Assembly (NCBI GenBank): GCA_965116795.1
Contig: OZ220716.1
Coordinates: 810,503-874,502, forward strand
Source: Gammaproteobacteria bacterium
Lineage (GTDB): Bacteria > Pseudomonadota > Gammaproteobacteria > JAJFKG01
DNA: 64,000 bases
Direction: 5' to 3'
Under the pieces are notes generated by a model that was not told the DNA's origin, searched no databases, and worked only from the letters and a program-made list of their open reading frames with translations. The translations under genes and the position numbers were made by a program. How positions within the stretch are numbered: position 1 is the first letter of the stretch; each line of letters starts with the position of its first letter. Of this stretch, positions 21,257 through 30,300 are shown piece after piece.

Positions 21257-24200
21257 TTAATGTGGTGATAGTGAGATAAAAGATAACGGTCCACTTTTGT
21301 TAGACGATAGCGTGGTACTATTACTAAATAGATTACTAAGTGAATTACTAAGTTGACCAATGACACTTTGCTGATATTCAGTTTTTTCCAAGGTTTGTTT
21401 TTCAGTTCGTTCTAATAGTTGGAGAAGCTGCTCTTTTTGCTGCGTGCATTTTGCTGAGACATTATGTGATTTCAACATGGATAGTGCTGTTTTACCATCT
21501 TTATTTGTGATTGTTACATCAGCTCCATGCTCGAGTAATAGTTTGCAGATGACTATGTTATTTGCTGTCATTTCATACGACATAGCTTTAATTAAATCCA
21601 TTAATGGGGTATTCCCATCATTATCTTGTAAGTTAATACTAATATTAGGTTGTTTCAATAACAAAGTTACTATATCTAGTTTATTACTGTTTTTAACTTG
21701 TTTATCATCATAATTTTGCTCTTTATTACCATTTCTAATGCGTTTAAATTTGCTAATTTGGTCTTTTAAGCAGAAATCACTTGCTATTGCATAAAATAGT
21801 GCATTTCTTCCTGTATTGTCTTGCATGCTTGTAGATGCGCCATTCTCGAGTAATAATTCAACCATCTTGTGATCATTAGATACTATAGCCACCATCAACG
21901 GTGTTTTCCCTCTAGTAATTTCGTGTCCGTATTTATATTGATTTTGGCTGTCTACCTCAGCGCCTTTTGCAAGTAAAAAATTCACCATATTATGATCACC
22001 ATTTAATGTGGCAATATGCAGTGCCATGTAATCAAAGCCAGTTCTTTGATTAACATCTATTTCAGGGCGAGATAACAGGATGGATGCTAAGCCTTGTGAA
22101 CGATTTTTAACAGCAGTATGTAATGGAGTAATATGGGCGTGTATACTAATATTATTGATATTTGACTGGTTTTTTGTTTGTAAAATTTCTTTTTTTACGT
22201 TTACTCTTGAATTTTGAAGTAACAATAAAGCTATATCTGATAATTTATTTTTTATATAGTTATCCTGTTGGTAATCGTGGCATTCAGCTAATATATGCAA
22301 TGCATTATTATCTCTATCGTCAATAGCAGATAAATCAATGACATTATGGTTAATGAGCCATTCAACCATAGCTACATTTGTGTTTTTAATTGCGTGCATT
22401 AAACAAGTTTCGCCGCAGTATAATTTTTGATTTTCATCAATTCTGGATAAATCAGCTCCTCTTGCGAGCAACAGATCTGCTATTTCGGTGTTCCCAGTTC
22501 TAATCGCAGTAGTAAGAGGTGCTTTAGCATTACTGGATTGGTTGATATTAGCACCTCTGTCCAAAAGTAGTTCTACAAGTTCTTTGTTTTCTGCTTCCAC
22601 TGCCGCAATCAGTGGAGATTTATCATAAAATTTAAAGCTGTGAATAAACTTTGATTTATTTGCTGTATTTGGATCAGCACCTGCTTCAATTAGCATTTTA
22701 GCAATACCAAATTGTCCTTCTTCAATTGCATAGACTAAAGGAGTGTTACTATTACCATCTCGTGCATTAAGTTTGGCTTTAAATGCAATCAATAATTTGA
22801 TAAGTTCTATACGACCTTTTGCAATTGCTGCTGTTAATGGAGATTTTTTACTGACTTCTAGATAATATGTATTTTGATTTGCTTGGTCTAGATTAGCACC
22901 TGCTTCAATTAGCATTTTAGCAATACCAAATTGCTCTTCTTCAATTGCATAAACTAAAGGAATGTTTTCTTTACCATCTCGTGCATTAAGTTTGGCTTTG
23001 AATGCAGTCAATAATTTGATAAGTTCTATATGACCTTTTGCAATTGCTGCTGTTAATGGAGATTTTCTACTGACTATCGGTCCGTATCTATCTTGCTTTA
23101 TTTGATCTAGATCGGTCCCTTGTTCAATAAGTATTCTAGCAATTTCAAGTTGTCCTTCTTCAATTGCAAGTGTTATAGGACTGATACTATATTTATTTGA
23201 TCGATGCTTGACGAACAGCATGACAACGTCAGCATATCCGTATTTCATTGCAGTTTCTAAATAGTCCAAGTTGTTTTTTTCAGGATAATTCGCAATTATT
23301 TTTTCAATAATATCAATATTTCTGATTTTCATTGCAGTTTTTAAACTGTTTGAGATGTATTTATTTTCTGCGACTAGATGTGTTCTAGGTCCACCTGCTT
23401 TTGAGCCAGAAGTAACTGCACTACTTGTTAAGTTATTTACTGGGTTAATATTCAGTTGGTGAGTGATCCCATTTAGTAATTTTTGAAATATAAGCAAAGG
23501 AAGTTCTCTTGGTAAACGAAATGAATGTGCGCTACCTTTTAGGTCACCATCAAGTGTCTTGGGATCATTAAAATAGTTTCTGTAATTTTCAGTATAGTGG
23601 CAAGAAAATTGATTTTGACTGGATGATCTATTTTTAACAAATCCTATATTACCTTCTATTTCACCGTGATTATTGTGAGTCTCTTTAACCCATGTCTTAA
23701 TTGTATCTTCAAGATCAAGTCGTTGCTTCGGATTTAATTGTTTAAAATTTGTTGGCAGTTTACTTATTTTTAAGCAAAGTATTTTAGGTAATTTTTTTGG
23801 TTGATAATAATCTAATTCATCATCGATGAAGTATATTTCCCATTGCTTTTTTTCACTATTAAGAATAAATAAATATTCATTTCTAATACGAGCTTCTTTC
23901 TGAGGTAACTCTTCAAGAAATTTTACACCGATGCCTGATTTCCAAATTCCAAAACCAAAAAGTAAGCCATTGATTCCAGCTTTGTTGCCAAGTTCAAGTT
24001 TTGCAGCACTGAATGTATGTAAATCACCAGTAAAATTCCCCAGCTCTTGCATGGATTCAACAGCACCAGCAAAAGGTTGATTAAATTTATCAGTTCTTAG
24101 AAGACCGTCATTCTTATTAAATGCGGGAATAAGGTGTATTTTGACAATGGATTGATCTTCATTTGGATTATTTGGATCAGGAAGTTCGGCAAGACCAATG

Positions 24201-24382
24201 TAACCTTGTTTAGGTTTCCCTGCTTCAAATGCCTGTTTTGATGCTTCTGTTAAAACAAGGCGAGTTTCAGGCGAAAGAAAGCCTGGCATCTTATCGATTG
24301 TAAAGTGTAGTGATAATGTTGGATCTGGCTGAGAGGAAATACCAGTCGGATTTGCTTGAAGAGAAACATTGGAGAGTGTCAT
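21257..24382 (-). CDS. Ankyrin-repeat protein with unknown N-terminal domain (candidate secreted effector)
   Basis: Many TPL..A...G...IVKLLL..GAD repeats from about residue 370; AT-rich coding; Ser-rich C-terminus. Confidence 0.9.
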   Translation of the reverse strand: MTLSNVSLQANPTGISSQPDPTLSLHFTIDKMPGFLSPETRLVLTEASKQAFEAGKPKQGYIGLAELPDPNNPNEDQSIVKIHLIPAFNKNDGLLRTDKFNQPFAGAVESMQELGNFTGDLHTFSAAKLELGNKAGINGLLFGFGIWKSGIGVKFLEELPQKEARIRNEYLFILNSEKKQWEIYFIDDELDYYQPKKLPKILCLKISKLPTNFKQLNPKQRLDLEDTIKTWVKETHNNHGEIEGNIGFVKNRSSSQNQFSCHYTENYRNYFNDPKTLDGDLKGSAHSFRLPRELPLLIFQKLLNGITHQLNINPVNNLTSSAVTSGSKAGGPRTHLVAENKYISNSLKTAMKIRNIDIIEKIIANYPEKNNLDYLETAMKYGYADVVMLFVKHRSNKYSISPITLAIEEGQLEIARILIEQGTDLDQIKQDRYGPIVSRKSPLTAAIAKGHIELIKLLTAFKAKLNARDGKENIPLVYAIEEEQFGIAKMLIEAGANLDQANQNTYYLEVSKKSPLTAAIAKGRIELIKLLIAFKAKLNARDGNSNTPLVYAIEEGQFGIAKMLIEAGADPNTANKSKFIHSFKFYDKSPLIAAVEAENKELVELLLDRGANINQSSNAKAPLTTAIRTGNTEIADLLLARGADLSRIDENQKLYCGETCLMHAIKNTNVAMVEWLINHNVIDLSAIDDRDNNALHILAECHDYQQDNYIKNKLSDIALLLLQNSRVNVKKEILQTKNQSNINNISIHAHITPLHTAVKNRSQGLASILLSRPEIDVNQRTGFDYMALHIATLNGDHNMVNFLLAKGAEVDSQNQYKYGHEITRGKTPLMVAIVSNDHKMVELLLENGASTSMQDNTGRNALFYAIASDFCLKDQISKFKRIRNGNKEQNYDDKQVKNSNKLDIVTLLLKQPNISINLQDNDGNTPLMDLIKAMSYEMTANNIVICKLLLEHGADVTITNKDGKTALSMLKSHNVSAKCTQQKEQLLQLLERTEKQTLEKTEYQQSVIGQLSNSLSNLFSNSTTLSSNKSGPLSFISLSPH

Positions 24383-24426
24383 TTTTATTACCTTTGCTTA
24401 TTTTGTTATAATTAAAAATTGGCAAT

Positions 24427-24469
24427 ATTATACTAAAAATAACCAAATAGGTCAAATTTTGACCTATTT
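24427..24469 (-). promoter_or_regulatory. Sigma70 promoter of the ankyrin gene with overlapping palindromic operator
   Basis: Minus strand TTGACC-17bp-TATAAT; perfect 12-bp inverted repeat AAATAGGTCAAA-T-TTTGACCTATTT (24445-24469) covers the -35 box. Confidence 0.75.
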
Positions 24470-24583
24470 ATTTTTTAATCAGTTAACTTTTAGCATTATT
24501 AAGAAGGCAACTTGGAATGATTCTCGTAAAGAGATAAGCTATTGAAAATATTATAATTTTCCCGCATGGGATAGTTTAGTGTT

Positions 24584-24940
24584 TTATCCCCCTATTCGTA
24601 GCACTCGCGTGTTGATTTGGCTAAGTAATTCGTAGGCGGGCATATTGGCATAAGTAGCAATTTCTTCGATTGGTAACTCTGTTCCTTATGGCACAACAGA
24701 TGTGCCAATCTGGCAATCAGGATGATCGTGTAGCTTAACCGCTAACATGTCCATTGAAACGCGTCCAACGATATTGGCACATTTACCGTTTATCAACACC
24801 GGTGTGTTATTAGCAACATGATGTGGGTAACCTATCACCATAGCCAATATTAAAGATACCAATGGGCATGGCTTGTGGACATTGCCAAGTGCTAACTAAG
24901 AAGCCATCGAATCTATTAATAGCAATGTTTGTGTTTAAAT
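24584..24940 (-). pseudogene. Collapsed tandem paralog of alr
   Basis: Translates as NTNIAINR fused to TWQCPQAMPIGIFNIGYGD / GYPHHVANNTPVLINGKCANIVGRVSMDMLAV...LPIEEIATYANMPAYELLSQINTRV, with frameshifts and a stop. Confidence 0.9.
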
Positions 24941-25042
24941 GGTTGTAGTTACTTGATTTATTGTTAGTGTAAGCGAGTTGTTATATTTTTTATGCCAATG
25001 TTTCCTGATATGGTCCGCCAAAGATGAGTTTTTTCTTATACT

Positions 25043-26140
25043 TTATTCGATTACCCTTATCACTCGCGAATTAATTTGGGCTAGCAATTCATAAGCAGTG
25101 GTATTGGCGTAAGTAGCAATTTCTTCTATAGGTAATCCGTTTCCCCATAGCACTACAGGTGTACCTATTTCACAATCAGGGAGTTCGTGTAGATCAACTG
25201 CTAACATATCCATCGATACCCGCCCGACAATACCCGCACGTTTACCATTAATTAATACCGGTGTGCCGTTAGGGACATGGCGTGGGTAACCATCACCATA
25301 ACCAATATTAACAATACCAACTGGCATCGCCTGCGGACATTGCCATGTACCATCATAGCCAACATGATCACCGGCTTGGCATTGTTGAATGGCAATAATG
25401 TTGGCGTGTAGTGTCATCACCGGTTGTAAATGGTAATCACTGGCAGTGGTGCTAGCTACTGGTGATGCACCGTACATCATTAATCCTGGACGTACCCAAT
25501 CACGGTGTGCGTTCGGCACATGTAAAATCGTTGCTGATTTAGCAAGACTGCATTCGATGGATGACGAATCATCAGCAAATGTATCAACGGTTTTATTAAA
25601 ACATGCTAATTGTTGCTCGGTTTTCGGATCATTAAGTAGATTAGCGTTAGCAAAATGGCTCATACAGCGAATCGGCTTAGCGACAGATTCACAATCGTGT
25701 AGTTGTTGCCATAAATGAGCGGCGTGTTTTGGAGAAACGCCTAAGCGATTCATCCCAGTATTAATTTTAAGCCATACCTGTACGGGTTTTGTTAAGGTTG
25801 TTTGTTGTAATAAGTTAATTTGTTTTGCTGTGTGTAGTACTAATTGTATGTTGTTATCTGCGGTGATGTGCAATTCATCTGCTTGATTGATACCTTGAAA
25901 CACGATAATCGGTATATTGGGATGTTGCTTTCGTAATGGCAATGCCTCTTCTAACAGGGCAACGCCAATCGCATCAATACAGTTTGCTTGCACTAATATG
26001 TCCGCAATCTGTGCAGCCCCATGTCCATACGCATTGGCTTTGAGCATTGCAATGATCTGCGAGTGTGGGGCGTGCTGTTTAACAATAGTGATGTTATGTA
26101 ATAGGGCACTGCGATTAATAGCAACACGGGTGTTACGCAT
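25043..26140 (-). CDS. alr: Alanine racemase
   Basis: KANAYGHG PLP motif, TGMNRLG, VRPG, GYGDGYPR, GRVSMD; start ATG 26140. Confidence 0.96.
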   Translation of the reverse strand: MRNTRVAINRSALLHNITIVKQHAPHSQIIAMLKANAYGHGAAQIADILVQANCIDAIGVALLEEALPLRKQHPNIPIIVFQGINQADELHITADNNIQLVLHTAKQINLLQQTTLTKPVQVWLKINTGMNRLGVSPKHAAHLWQQLHDCESVAKPIRCMSHFANANLLNDPKTEQQLACFNKTVDTFADDSSSIECSLAKSATILHVPNAHRDWVRPGLMMYGASPVASTTASDYHLQPVMTLHANIIAIQQCQAGDHVGYDGTWQCPQAMPVGIVNIGYGDGYPRHVPNGTPVLINGKRAGIVGRVSMDMLAVDLHELPDCEIGTPVVLWGNGLPIEEIATYANTTAYELLAQINSRVIRVIE

Positions 26141-26317
26141 TAGTGTGTGTGACTCCAAGAATATCCATGTCATTCTGGAGAGCGATCCTGGATTGTAATT
26201 CAGGGAAGTGAGTCCAGAATCTAGTTCTTAAATGCTCAATAGACGGAAAGACTGGATTCTGGACTCGCCCGTTCCACGGGCTCTCCAGAATGACGTGAGT
26301 TTGGGTGTTACGCATTA
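26128..26317. mobile_element. 160-bp palindromic insertion flanked by 15-bp direct repeats
   Basis: GGGTGTTACGCATTA at 26128-26142 and 26303-26317; perfect inverted repeat GTCATTCTGGAGAGC (26169-26183)/GCTCTCCAGAATGAC (26280-26294); inner inverted repeat 26210-26221/26255-26266. Confidence 0.88.
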
Positions 26318-27718
26318 AGTACTATTACCTGGTTGTGCATACGATAGATTATCAAAACGCATATATTGTCCCATAAACGCTAAGCGTACTTTACCAATTG
26401 GGCCGTTGCGTTGCTTGCCAATAATGATTTCAGCGATACCTTTATCCGGCGAATCTTCACGATAGACTTCATCACGATAAATAAAGGCGATCAAGTCAGC
26501 ATCTTGTTCAATGGCACCTGATTCACGTAAGTCTGACATCACTGGTCGCTTATCGGTACGTTGTTCTAAGGAACGGTTTAATTGTGATAGTGCGATCACA
26601 GGAACTTTTAATTCTTTAGCTAGTGATTTTAATGAGCGTGAAATTTCTGAAATTTCTAATACGCGGTTTTCACGAAAACCGGGTGCTCGCATTAATTGTA
26701 AGTAATCGACGATGATTAATCCTAATTGTCCATGTTCACGGGCAATACGCCTCGCACGTGAACGTATTTCGGTTGGTGTTAGACTCGGTGAATCATCAAC
26801 AAACATTTGGGTTTCTGATAATAAGGTTAAGTTAGATGTGATCCGTGACCAATCTTCATCAGCCAAATTACCTGTGCGTAATTTGTGATGGTTGATCCGA
26901 CCTAATGACGATAGCATGCGCATAGCAATGGCATCGCCTGGCATCTCTAAGCTAAACATTAATACAGGTTTTTTTACGTCTTGTTTTAGATTTTGTAATG
27001 CCACTTGTTCGGCAATGTTTACGCCTAGGATCGTTTTGCCCATCGATGGCCGTCCAGCAATGATGATTAAATCGGAGTCTTGCAAGCCGGATGTCATATT
27101 ATCTAAATCTTTAAAACCGGTTGGGGTACCGGTGATAGCACCACCGGAACGGTATAATGTATCGATGCGTTCCATGGTGTGACCTAATAAGGTGGGTAAA
27201 CCAATAGGCCCTTGTGTGGTTTTATCATGTTCAGCAATTTCAAAGATACGTCGTTCTGCTTCATCTAATACATCTCGCACATCGCGCCCGTTAGGGTTAA
27301 ATGCATCATCTGCAATATTGCTAGATGCACTAATTAACTGGCGCAACACAGCACGTTCGTGCACGATATCAGCGTAAGCGGTGATGTTAGCAGCGGTTGG
27401 TGTGTTCTTGGCAAGTTCAAATAAATATACTTCACCGCCAGCATCGTCTAATTCGTTTTTACCTTTTAGCCAATCGGCGACAGTTAATACATCAATCGGT
27501 TTGTTTTTATTAACTAATTCGTTGACTGCCTGAAAAATAAGGCGGTGATCACGGCGATAGAAATCATTAGCGTATACCCGGCCATTAATCCGATCCCATG
27601 CCGTGTTATCTAATAAGAGCCCACCTAGCAGTGATTGTTCTGCTTCGATCGAATGCGGTGGCACTTTAACATCGGCTGGATTGCCACCGGCCTTGGTAGC
27701 GACAGTTGTGGTGGTCAA
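26315..27718 (-). CDS. dnaB: Replicative DNA helicase
   Basis: PPHSIEAEQS, GRPSMGKT, DYLQL, SDLRESGAIEQDAD motifs; no intein seen. Confidence 0.98.
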   Translation of the reverse strand: MTTTTVATKAGGNPADVKVPPHSIEAEQSLLGGLLLDNTAWDRINGRVYANDFYRRDHRLIFQAVNELVNKNKPIDVLTVADWLKGKNELDDAGGEVYLFELAKNTPTAANITAYADIVHERAVLRQLISASSNIADDAFNPNGRDVRDVLDEAERRIFEIAEHDKTTQGPIGLPTLLGHTMERIDTLYRSGGAITGTPTGFKDLDNMTSGLQDSDLIIIAGRPSMGKTILGVNIAEQVALQNLKQDVKKPVLMFSLEMPGDAIAMRMLSSLGRINHHKLRTGNLADEDWSRITSNLTLLSETQMFVDDSPSLTPTEIRSRARRIAREHGQLGLIIVDYLQLMRAPGFRENRVLEISEISRSLKSLAKELKVPVIALSQLNRSLEQRTDKRPVMSDLRESGAIEQDADLIAFIYRDEVYREDSPDKGIAEIIIGKQRNGPIGKVRLAFMGQYMRFDNLSYAQPGNST

Positions 27719-27721
27719 GGG

Positions 27722-28171
27722 TTACTCCTGTGCAGTGACGATGACATTAATGTCAACAGTGACATCGGTGTGTAAGTAAATGTGAATTGTGTATTCACCT
27801 ACCGTGCGGATTGGGCCTGACGGCATTTGTATTTCACTTTTTTCAACACTGGCGCCAATTTTAACCAATTCGTCGACGATTTCACGTGGCCCTAGTGAAC
27901 CATACAATTTACCTTCATCACTAGCGGGTGCTTGAATGGTTAGTGTCACATCTGTTAATCCTTGGGCACGTTGTTGTGCTTGCGCTAATTTTTCCGTAGA
28001 CAGTTTTTCCAATTCGGCACGGCGTTCTTCAAAAATAGCAACGTTATCTGATGTTGCAGTGACAGCCTTACCTTGTGGTAATAAATAATTACGCGCAAAC
28101 CCGGATTTCACCGCAATTTGTTCGCCTAATTTACCGACGTTAGTGATATCTTCTAATAAAATGACATTCAT
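27722..28171 (-). CDS. rplI: 50S ribosomal protein L9
   Basis: VKSGFARNYLLPQG and GKLYGS motifs. Confidence 0.97.
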   Translation of the reverse strand: MNVILLEDITNVGKLGEQIAVKSGFARNYLLPQGKAVTATSDNVAIFEERRAELEKLSTEKLAQAQQRAQGLTDVTLTIQAPASDEGKLYGSLGPREIVDELVKIGASVEKSEIQMPSGPIRTVGEYTIHIYLHTDVTVDINVIVTAQE

Positions 28172-28186
28172 CTTGTTTACCTCAGT

Positions 28187-29155
28187 TTAGTTTGATAATG
28201 ACTTACAAAAACGTTGACGCAAGTTAAATACACTGTCAAGACAGGCAGCCAACAATAACATTGGCAACACTATTTTATTAACTGCAAACAGCCCAATGTA
28301 AATTAACAATAACCATAGCCAACCAGTTTTGTGCTGATGCGCTAATGCGTGTATGACGCTTAACCCAGCAATTAACCAAGCAGTGATAATAATCGGTAAT
28401 ACCCCAAATAGCATCGGCGTTTTTAAGATGAGTAACACCGTTATTAAAATCACGAAGATTATTGATAATAAACATGGCATGCGAATTTGTAACAATTCTT
28501 CGCGTATGCTAGTGGCATTTGTATCCATGTGTGCTTGCCACCAGCGGGCAATGATCAGTTGGGCGATACCAGCAGTATATAAAAACATAATAATGATGCA
28601 ACCGGCAAAGTAGCTGGCTAACTCAGGGATGAAAAAGCGTTGATAAAATTGCAAACTAAGCTGGGTAATATCGTTTTGTGTAGCGATGGGCAGTATCCCG
28701 CCACCAAGTTGTAATATAGATTCTAATGTGTCTTCAAACCATTGTGTGAGAAAACCACCGAGTTCAGTCATGTGGATATTAGCGACTAATAGCAATGGTA
28801 ATCCAAGTAATATGGTGAACATCAATACGCTAACCCAATTGCGATAATGATGTAGCAACAGCGCCATAATCCATAAAAATAGGCCGCCTACTACTGCAGA
28901 ACCAATAAAAGATAGGCAGGCTAATGCTAGTGGATCACCACGTTGCATAAGCCAATAAGCATGAGCAAGATTAGCTAATACTAATGTAGTGAGTGCAATG
29001 GTGCTCTCTTTGGGTGATTTACACAGTGTTACTAAACCTAATATCACTGATGCTAACCATCCCATCAGTGGTATAAAGGTACAAGCGACAATCACCCAAG
29101 CAGCGTTAATGGGTTTACGCAATAAGTATTGACCAACTGCATTCATTGTAACCAC
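28187..29155 (-). CDS. Polytopic membrane protein between rpsR and rplI (DUF2232-like)
   Basis: Multi-TM, ARWWQA motif, conserved position. Confidence 0.8.
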   Translation of the reverse strand: MVTMNAVGQYLLRKPINAAWVIVACTFIPLMGWLASVILGLVTLCKSPKESTIALTTLVLANLAHAYWLMQRGDPLALACLSFIGSAVVGGLFLWIMALLLHHYRNWVSVLMFTILLGLPLLLVANIHMTELGGFLTQWFEDTLESILQLGGGILPIATQNDITQLSLQFYQRFFIPELASYFAGCIIIMFLYTAGIAQLIIARWWQAHMDTNATSIREELLQIRMPCLLSIIFVILITVLLILKTPMLFGVLPIIITAWLIAGLSVIHALAHQHKTGWLWLLLIYIGLFAVNKIVLPMLLLAACLDSVFNLRQRFCKSLSN

Positions 29156-29237
29156 CTCAATGTGTGTATTCTCTACTATTTAAGCATTGTTACAAAACTT
29201 GTTTTACTGTTTGAAATAGTAAAAAGTATGTATGTCG

Positions 29238-29465
29238 TTACTGACGATCGCTATACGGCAATAATGCCAAAAAGCGGGCTTTTTTAATCGCTTGCGATAA
29301 CATTCGTTGGTAACGTGCACGTGTGCCGGTAATGCGGCTGGGTACAATTTTCCCCGATTCACTGACATAGGATTTTAATGTATTTAAGTCTTTGTAGTCG
29401 ATGTCAGTCACATTATCTGCGGTGAAACGACAGAACTTGCGACGACGGTAGTATGGAACGCCCAT
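29238..29465 (-). CDS. rpsR: 30S ribosomal protein S18
   Basis: [24 protein letters not shown] motifs. Confidence 0.98.
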   Translation of the reverse strand: MGVPYYRRRKFCRFTADNVTDIDYKDLNTLKSYVSESGKIVPSRITGTRARYQRMLSQAIKKARFLALLPYSDRQ

Positions 29466-29512
29466 GGTAACTCTATCTCCTTAGTTCGGTTTATTAAACA
29501 ATATTTCGTTAA

Positions 29513-29953
29513 CTATTCACTGTCTGTTTTTGCATTATCATCTGACGTCACCGCAGCTTGCTGCTTAGTGCTTGCAGTGTCACTACGACGAGTATTGCGC
29601 TCACGCTCGCGATGTGAGCGTTCATTTTCTTTTTCTTTCTCTTTCATCAACGGTGATGTTTTAGTGATGACTTCATCGCGTTTTACCACTAAATGACGAA
29701 TAATCGCATCATTAAAGCGAAACCCATTTAAAATATTATCGAGTGTAGCTTGATCGCATTCAATGTTTAATAATATGTAATGTGCTTTATGTATTTTATT
29801 GATTGGGTAAGCTAATTGACGACGCCCCCAATCTTCTTGACGATGGATATGGCCCTTTGTTTCGTTAACCATATCGGTATAGCGTTGCACCATTGCGGGT
29901 ACTTGTTCACTTTGATCCGGATGGACCATCATGACAATTTCATAATGTCGCAT
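29513..29953 (-). CDS. rpsF: 30S ribosomal protein S6
   Basis: MRHYEIV...HPDQSEQV...[12 protein letters not shown]; true start ATG 29953 with AAGGAG RBS. Confidence 0.97.
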   Translation of the reverse strand: MRHYEIVMMVHPDQSEQVPAMVQRYTDMVNETKGHIHRQEDWGRRQLAYPINKIHKAHYILLNIECDQATLDNILNGFRFNDAIIRHLVVKRDEVITKTSPLMKEKEKENERSHRERERNTRRSDTASTKQQAAVTSDDNAKTDSE

Positions 29954-29957
29954 AATA

Positions 29958-30008
29958 GACTCCTTTTGGCTATAACAGTTCCCCAAAACGTGTGGTGGAA
30001 CAAGGATA
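29958..30008 (-). promoter_or_regulatory. S6:S18 autoregulatory ribosomal leader
   Basis: Minus strand ATCCTTGTTCC...GGAACTG...CCAAAAGGAG: anti-SD CCTT pairs with the SD, CC in the internal loop, as in known rpsF leaders. Confidence 0.7.
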
Positions 30009-30021
30009 GTTTGAGCGGCCA

Positions 30022-30050
30022 ATTTTAAGGCAAAATGAGATAAATAGCAA
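30022..30050 (-). promoter_or_regulatory. Sigma70 promoter of the rpsF operon
   Basis: TTGCTA-17bp-TAAAAT followed by GC-rich discriminator TGGCCGC. Confidence 0.65.
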
Positions 30051-30121
30051 CGATTAGAAGTGGCTGATTGACAGGATATTGAGTATTTTTTGTTATCTGC
30101 AGACCCTGTTGCTGGATTTCT

Positions 30122-30197
30122 CCTCGACCCTCGACCCTCGACCCTCGACCCTCGACCCTCGACCCTCGACCCTCGACCCTCGACCCTCGACCCTCGA
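30122..30197. repeat. Perfect heptamer tandem repeat (CCTCGAC) x ~10.9
   Basis: Direct reading: 10 full units plus 6 nt. Confidence 0.98.
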
Positions 30198-30300
30198 TGT
30201 CTCGAGGGCCAAGTATGCCGATAAATTCCGCATGTCAGGCGTTCATAAAGTCTGTTACCCACCGTAGTTTACCTATCACCAATTGTTATGGTATTTAAGT

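Noticed and set aside
24584-25350. alr 3' duplicate as the att scar of an integrative element
   Set aside because: The remnant also appears to retain the alr N-terminus and no integrase is present, so a tandem paralog fits better; not fully excluded.
30122-30197. Possible CRISPR array
   Set aside because: No spacers, unit too short, no cas genes; I saw no repeat-spacer array anywhere in the window.
29954-30262. 103-aa N-terminal extension of RpsF with GSRVEGR repeats, and the opposite-strand STLDPRP ORF
   Set aside because: Artefact of the stop-free heptamer repeat; the promoter, leader and RBS point to ATG 29953.
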